Source of the DNA: Eledone cirrhosa
Lineage: Eukaryota
Assembly: GCA_964016885.1 (NCBI GenBank)
Contig: OZ024743.1
Span: forward strand, 221,712,001 to 221,776,000
Length of the DNA: 64,000 bases
Direction: 5' to 3'
Part shown: positions 58,563 to 64,000 of the stretch, in pieces
Layout of the letters: each line of letters opens with the position of its first letter
How positions within the stretch are numbered: position 1 is the stretch's first letter
Position numbers and translations under genes: made by a program
The notes under the pieces: generated by a model
What the model saw: the letters and a program-made list of their open reading frames with translations, nothing else
The model's database searches: none
What the model was told of the DNA's origin: nothing

Positions 58563-59692
58563 AATAAAATTTTTAAAAATTAATAGATTTTTTTTAAATT
58601 TAAAAATATAAGAGAAATAATAGGGAAAAATAGAAAACGTAAAAATTATTGGGAAAACTCTAGGAGCACTTAAAAGCAGGATTGGGGGTACTTTCCAATC
58701 TGAAGAGACATTTTAGTGTTTAAAAAAAACAATCATAATTGAAAGTCTTGGAGCCACAAAATTTATTGTAAACAAAAATTCAAGAAAACACGATTTTTTA
58801 AAACTGTTTTTCTTATTCAATTCGATACTTGGCTGTGAAACTTTGAAAATATTTCAATGTCCGGGCCATAAGGTGACAGATGTATTAAAATAAGAATTAG
58901 AATTTCAGTGCACCTAAGAACCAGTAGAGATGGTCTAAAGCACCGCAGGGTCTCGATCTCTGCATTAGAGAATTAGCAACGACGACGACAACAACAGCAG
59001 CAGCAACAACGTCGACGACACTAACAACACAACAGCAGCAACAACGTCGACGACACTAACAACAGCAGCAGCAACGACGACAACTACAACAACAGCAGCA
59101 GCAACGACGACGGCACCAACAACAACAACAGCAGCAACGTCGACGACGCCAACAGCTGTGACATCAACAATAGCAACAACTTCAATATTGACAACAATAG
59201 AAATAGGTGCAAAAGCAACAACAACAACTACCGTAGCGACAACAACAATAGCAACAAAGTCAATAGCACAAATGCAGCAGTACGTACAGCAGCGGAAAAT
59301 GCAGTTACAATTGCAATAGCAACAATATCAGCAACTGCTGCAGCGACCAACTGCAGTAGTATTAATTACGCTAGCAACAACTGCACTAAAAACAATTGCA
59401 CCAATAAATGCAGTAACGTCAAAGTGTTTTAGCAACAAACAGATTACAGTGGCAACAATTGCAACAATAATATGCAAAGCAGTTACAGCAGGTACAGGAA
59501 CAAAAGTGTGCAACTACCATAGTTAAAGCAGCAGCAACTGCAGCTACTAAAAATAATAAGAACAACAATAGCAATGATTGAGTCAAAATAAATTTATGAA
59601 ATATCAAATACCAGCTTCACACGGGCTAGAAAACGATCTCTGCTCATCAATTATATGATAAATACCATTATCAATACACTCACACACACACA

Positions 59693-59792
<100 letters not shown>

Positions 59793-60236
59793 AAAAATGG
59801 AGTGCTGCGTGGTTGCACATGGGTTACATATGAATAAAATTAGTCCTTCATCAGTGATCTTCCAACCTACATTGGTATTTCATCACTTTAAAAATCATAT
59901 ATTTGGTTGGTGCGAGCAATAACTAAATAAAGTTATTGGGACAAGTAAAATAGGGTGAAACGAACGAGACATGTAAACAAACAAAGATGGTATTGCAACG
60001 GAAAGATAGGAAGTGTCAAGTACATGATATCTGTAAACTTAAGCTTGGTGAAATCACGAACGAGAGATACAGACCATCCGACCTGGGTGAGATGTGAGCG
60101 AGAAAAGTATTCCACACAGGTCAAACAGGAGGAAGTGGGAGAGGGGAAGAAGCAGAGAGTGAGTGGAAGTGTGAGGAAGAGGCCAGCTGGGAGAGAGTGT
60201 AACTGGCAGAGGGGTTAAAAAGAAGGTGAGAGATAC

Positions 60237-60272
<36 letters not shown>

Positions 60273-60274
<2 letters not shown>

Positions 60275-60473
60275 CGAAGGAGTTGTGGTAAGGAACCAGA
60301 TGAACCATAACGCACCAGAGTACTCAATACTTAGGGTAGTACAGTGGGTAATAGGAAAAGGCATGACCCCGACGGCAGAGCTCAAGCCGTTTCGACGGCT
60401 ATGTCTGGACTTAGCCGTCCAGACATAGCCATCGAAATGGCTTGAGCTCTGCCGTCGGGGTCATACATTTTCC
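60273..60473 (-). mobile_element. Fold-back mini-element family A
   Basis: Reverse complement of the 44836-45030 layout; (TA)n flanks. Confidence 0.8.
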
Positions 60474-60502
60474 TATATATATATATATGTATATATATAT
60501 AT

Positions 60503-60620
60503 GGCGTGTGGCTGAGTGGTTAGAGAATTGGATTCGCAATCGTAAGGTTGTGAGTTCGATTCCTGGACCAGGTGATGCGTTATGTCCTTGAGCAAGACAC
60601 TTTATTTCACGTTGCTCCTT
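60503..60620 (+). mobile_element. OR-like tRNA/CORE SINE
   Basis: tggctgagtggtta A-box, gagttcgattcc B-box, tgtccttgagcaagacactt CORE-like motif; another copy at 62749-62850. Confidence 0.8.
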
Positions 60621-60715
60621 CTACCTGGAGTTGCGACAGATAGATAGTATTATCAATTGGAAAGACCAACGGAAACATTGTTCCCTCGGTTCGATTTGAC
60701 GAAAGTCGATCGTTC

Positions 60716-60770
<55 letters not shown>

Positions 60771-60802
60771 AATAAAATGCAGAGTTAATAACTCATTACT
60801 AC

Positions 60803-60840
<38 letters not shown>

Positions 60841-60842
<2 letters not shown>

Positions 60843-60930
60843 CAAGGTGTCCCCATGTATATACCATTCTAATAAATATTGCCTGTACAGGTAATCAAAG
60901 TGTACATACATTTTTGGGGAACACCCTGTA
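60841..60930. mobile_element. Tc1/mariner-type MITE
   Basis: TAcaaggtgtcccc...ggggaacaccctgTA. Confidence 0.7.
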
Positions 60931-61059
60931 TACATATCTATATATATATATAGAGATAGATAGATATTTACATATATATATATATTACAAAGAAAAATGA
61001 TGAAGTTCCGTTTACGTGTATATATATAATGTTGGTATGCATGCATGTGTACGTTCCTA

Positions 61060-61275
61060 AAGCAACTATTATAATCACAAATAGAATTAGGTTATCGACA
61101 GGAATAATCCAAGGTGACAGATTCTCTGTAAAGTTGTTCATGTTGGCATCTGGCAATAAACCCCTTGTCAAGCCTGTTGAGGAAATACCGAAGCTACATG
61201 CTAGGATCTGGAGAAGAGATGAAAATCAATGACAGCTACATCTTTTTCGTCGATGATTTGAAGTTGTATTATAGT
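61060..61275 (+). pseudogene. Non-LTR RT fragment, R4/Dong-like
   Basis: IRLSTGIIQGDRFSVKLF and, after a frameshift, IFFVDDLKLY. Confidence 0.6.
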
Positions 61276-62985
61276 AATATTCACAGGAGACGAGCAGAAC
61301 GCAACAACTGGAAGGAGGACACATTTCTTCCCGACCTAAGAATAGAGAATTAATTAGATCTTCTACCATACAGCATAGGTTTTAATCAAGTTTCTGTATA
61401 TAAAGTTGTTTAGTCTTGATTTAGGTACGAAGTCCCAAAGTGGTTGATTGGACCACCCAGGGGTGTCGATGGAGCTACTCAGAGTGCCGATATAATTACC
61501 ATGAAGGTTTTTGAGACTACATAGGAAGTCATTTGAACTTGACATTTCTTTAAAAAATGAAAATACATGAAATAATAGATCTTGTTGTACAGGTTTTTGA
61601 TTTAGATATAATTTTTTTTTTTTATTATTTATTTATTTCTGATATATTTAAGGATTCCATGAGGATGCCAGTGGTCTAAAACATTTAGGGATTCCTAATT
61701 TTGGTGAAAACCCAAATAAATGACATCAAGTATTCAGGCAAAAGACAGCCCCAATTTTCTTCTCTTTATTCTCATTTCTGGTTTGACATGCATAACACAT
61801 GCTCTCTGGATAATATACACATAATAGCTAGGAAGCAATATTACTAAATGCAGCTAACAGCAAATTGAAGGCGCTATTCCTGATTCTGTCCAACTATGAA
61901 TACCATCTGTTGTTAACTTCCGTAGTTATCATGTTTTTTCTGACATTTGCTGATACGCAGATAACATTTTGTGTAAATATCATGAATGCTCACCAATAAA
62001 GGAAGCATTCTCTGGGAATTAAAGAAACGTTATTGAAAGGAACATTATGTAATAAAATCCAAAAGCACCGTAATCAGCATAAGATCAGCTTTAATGATGA
62101 TTGGTACAAGGTTATATATATTGGTGAGAGAGGAAGGGCAGAGGGGTAATATTACTTTCGGGAACCCTCATATAACAACTTTATTTCTTTTTGGAAAATG
62201 TAGAAGTCTACATTTTTCACGTATATGATTGAATTGACAATACTATTTTATTGTTTCTTATTTTATCGACCTACTGAGATTAAATAACGATGTCAATCTA
62301 CTTTCCTTCCTCATTATATATATGTGTGTGTGTGAGACAGAGTGAGGGGGAAAGAGAGAGAGATGAGAGAGGTGGAGAGATCCATAGACAAAGTAAAAAA
62401 ATGAAGGTTATATAATCAACCTATTTTATCAACTCACATCTCCCTCCCTCACATTCTCATTGTGTGCATATATATATATATATATGCACACGATCGTAAA
62501 ATGATGAATTTTTCAATATAAGGAACCTGTTCTTTGTTTTTATTTCATTGTTTTTATTAATTTATCTTGACTCTGTTTTCCTAGGATTTTTCTCGTTAAT
62601 TTTTGAATGCATTTTCTCTTTTCATGATATCTTCTATATTTGGATTACATTGAGTTCTTCATACGGATTAGACACTACCGTTTATTTTGGTAGATTTATC
62701 TACATATATATATATACACACACACACACATATACATGTGTATATATATGGCATGTGACCTAGTGGTTAGAGCGTTGGGATTGCAATTGTGATGTTGAAA
62801 GTTCGATTCTCAGACAACGTGATGTGTTGTGTCCTTGAGCAAAACATTTGAGCGACTATTGGTCTTCCGCCAACAACCTTGACCTTGGCCGGATTTGTAC
62901 CTCGGAGGAGAACTTTCTAGGTGAAAATCACATGCTCTGGCCGAGGGAGGAGACTTCACCCTTTACACATATTCTTATATCATAG

Positions 62986-63016
<31 letters not shown>

Positions 63017-63166
63017 TATATATATATATACACATACATATATATACATATAAATACATACACATACAAATACATATATATAAACATACATATATGAATA
63101 CATATATATATATATACATATACATACATATATATAAATACATATATATATACATATACATATATA

Positions 63167-63198
<32 letters not shown>

Positions 63199-63380
63199 CA
63201 TGCAAACATATATATATATACATATATACATATATATATACATATATATATACACATAAACATATATAAATACATATATATACATACTTATAAATATACA
63301 TATTGAAACATACATATACATATATATACATATACATACACACACACATTTTACTACTATTGCACTGTTCGAATCAAAAA

Positions 63381-63563
63381 TAATTGTTTCTACTTTAGGC
63401 ACAAGGCCAGCCATTACCCAGTTCATTACTGGTACTTTATTTTATCGACCCCGTAAGGATGAAAGGCAAAGTCAACCTCGGCGGGATTTGAACTCAGATC
63501 GTAAAGGGACGTAACTATGCTGGAAAGCATGGCGTCCGACCCTCTACCGATACTGCCAATCCA
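63381..63563 (-). mobile_element. OK-like tRNA SINE
   Basis: Full consensus; flanked by cgaatcaaaaataat direct repeat (possible TSD). Confidence 0.9.
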
Positions 63564-63599
63564 CGAATCAAAAATAATAATCTCCAAGAGCATCATCAA

Positions 63600-64000
63600 T
63601 AACCAAAGAAGAGCTGAGGATGAATGGACCATTGAGAAAATTAAATTCAATCCCAATCTTTTAATTTGCTAAAGATCCCTTTCTCTACTCTTAGCCCTCC
63701 GATTGATGAAAATTGAATGCTAAAACCATGGGTGAGATATCGCAGAAACTTTACTGCTCTGTTTTCAGCAATCCTGATATGGCCGATCTGGGCTGTATCA
63801 GTGATGTTAATCCACAACACACTATATCGGACATAACGTTTGGCGCCTCTGATGTCTTAGCGGCAATAAATGAAATTAAATATAAATCAGCAGTAGACCC
63901 CTATAGATTCCCTGCTAGTGACCTGAAGGTGTGACGACACCAACTTAGATCTCCTCTTGCTAATCTGTGGAGGAACACACTAGACACTGGCTATATACCT
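63600..64000 (+). pseudogene. CR1/L2-like LINE ORF2 fragment upstream of RT, running off the window
   Basis: YCSVFS...DVLAAINEIK.KSAVDP..FPA..LK....L..PLANLWRNTLDTGYIP pattern. Confidence 0.65.

Noticed and set aside
58975-59570. Ala/Thr/Gln-rich possible exon
   Set aside because: (CAA/CAG)-derived low complexity; no splice or domain evidence
59840-59865. Minus-strand CTGATGA near a TA tract
   Set aside because: No matching GAAA or stem I found

Overview
Eukaryotic, AT-rich, microsatellite-saturated DNA with no supportable host gene. The SINE repertoire and repeat style suggest an octopus (cephalopod) genome; this is an inference. Nearly all track ORFs are translations of simple repeats. 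Real coding content is transposon-derived: (1) a near full-length Tx1/L1-clade LINE (31001-40440, minus) flanked by (GATA)n, whose ORF1 is split by a 3.7 kb Helentron-like insert, plus three truncated relatives; (2) a degenerate Penelope-like element (RT + GIY-YIG, 52461-55572) and a truncated relative (311-1338); (3) small R4/Dong-like and CR1-like fragments. The most interesting signal is a set of more than 15 short (about 150-340 bp) elements from several sequence-unrelated families, mostly embedded in or next to (TA)n tracts. Many are fold-back palindromes followed by a unique 3' tail, and many carry a complete or partial minimal hammerhead ribozyme. Several unrelated families share a bulged hairpin in the tail (ACTC-stem-NN-GAGTRC) with covarying inner stems. 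I interpret this as a (TA)n-targeting Penelope/retrozyme-like system. All RNA structures were read by eye, and boundaries are approximate.
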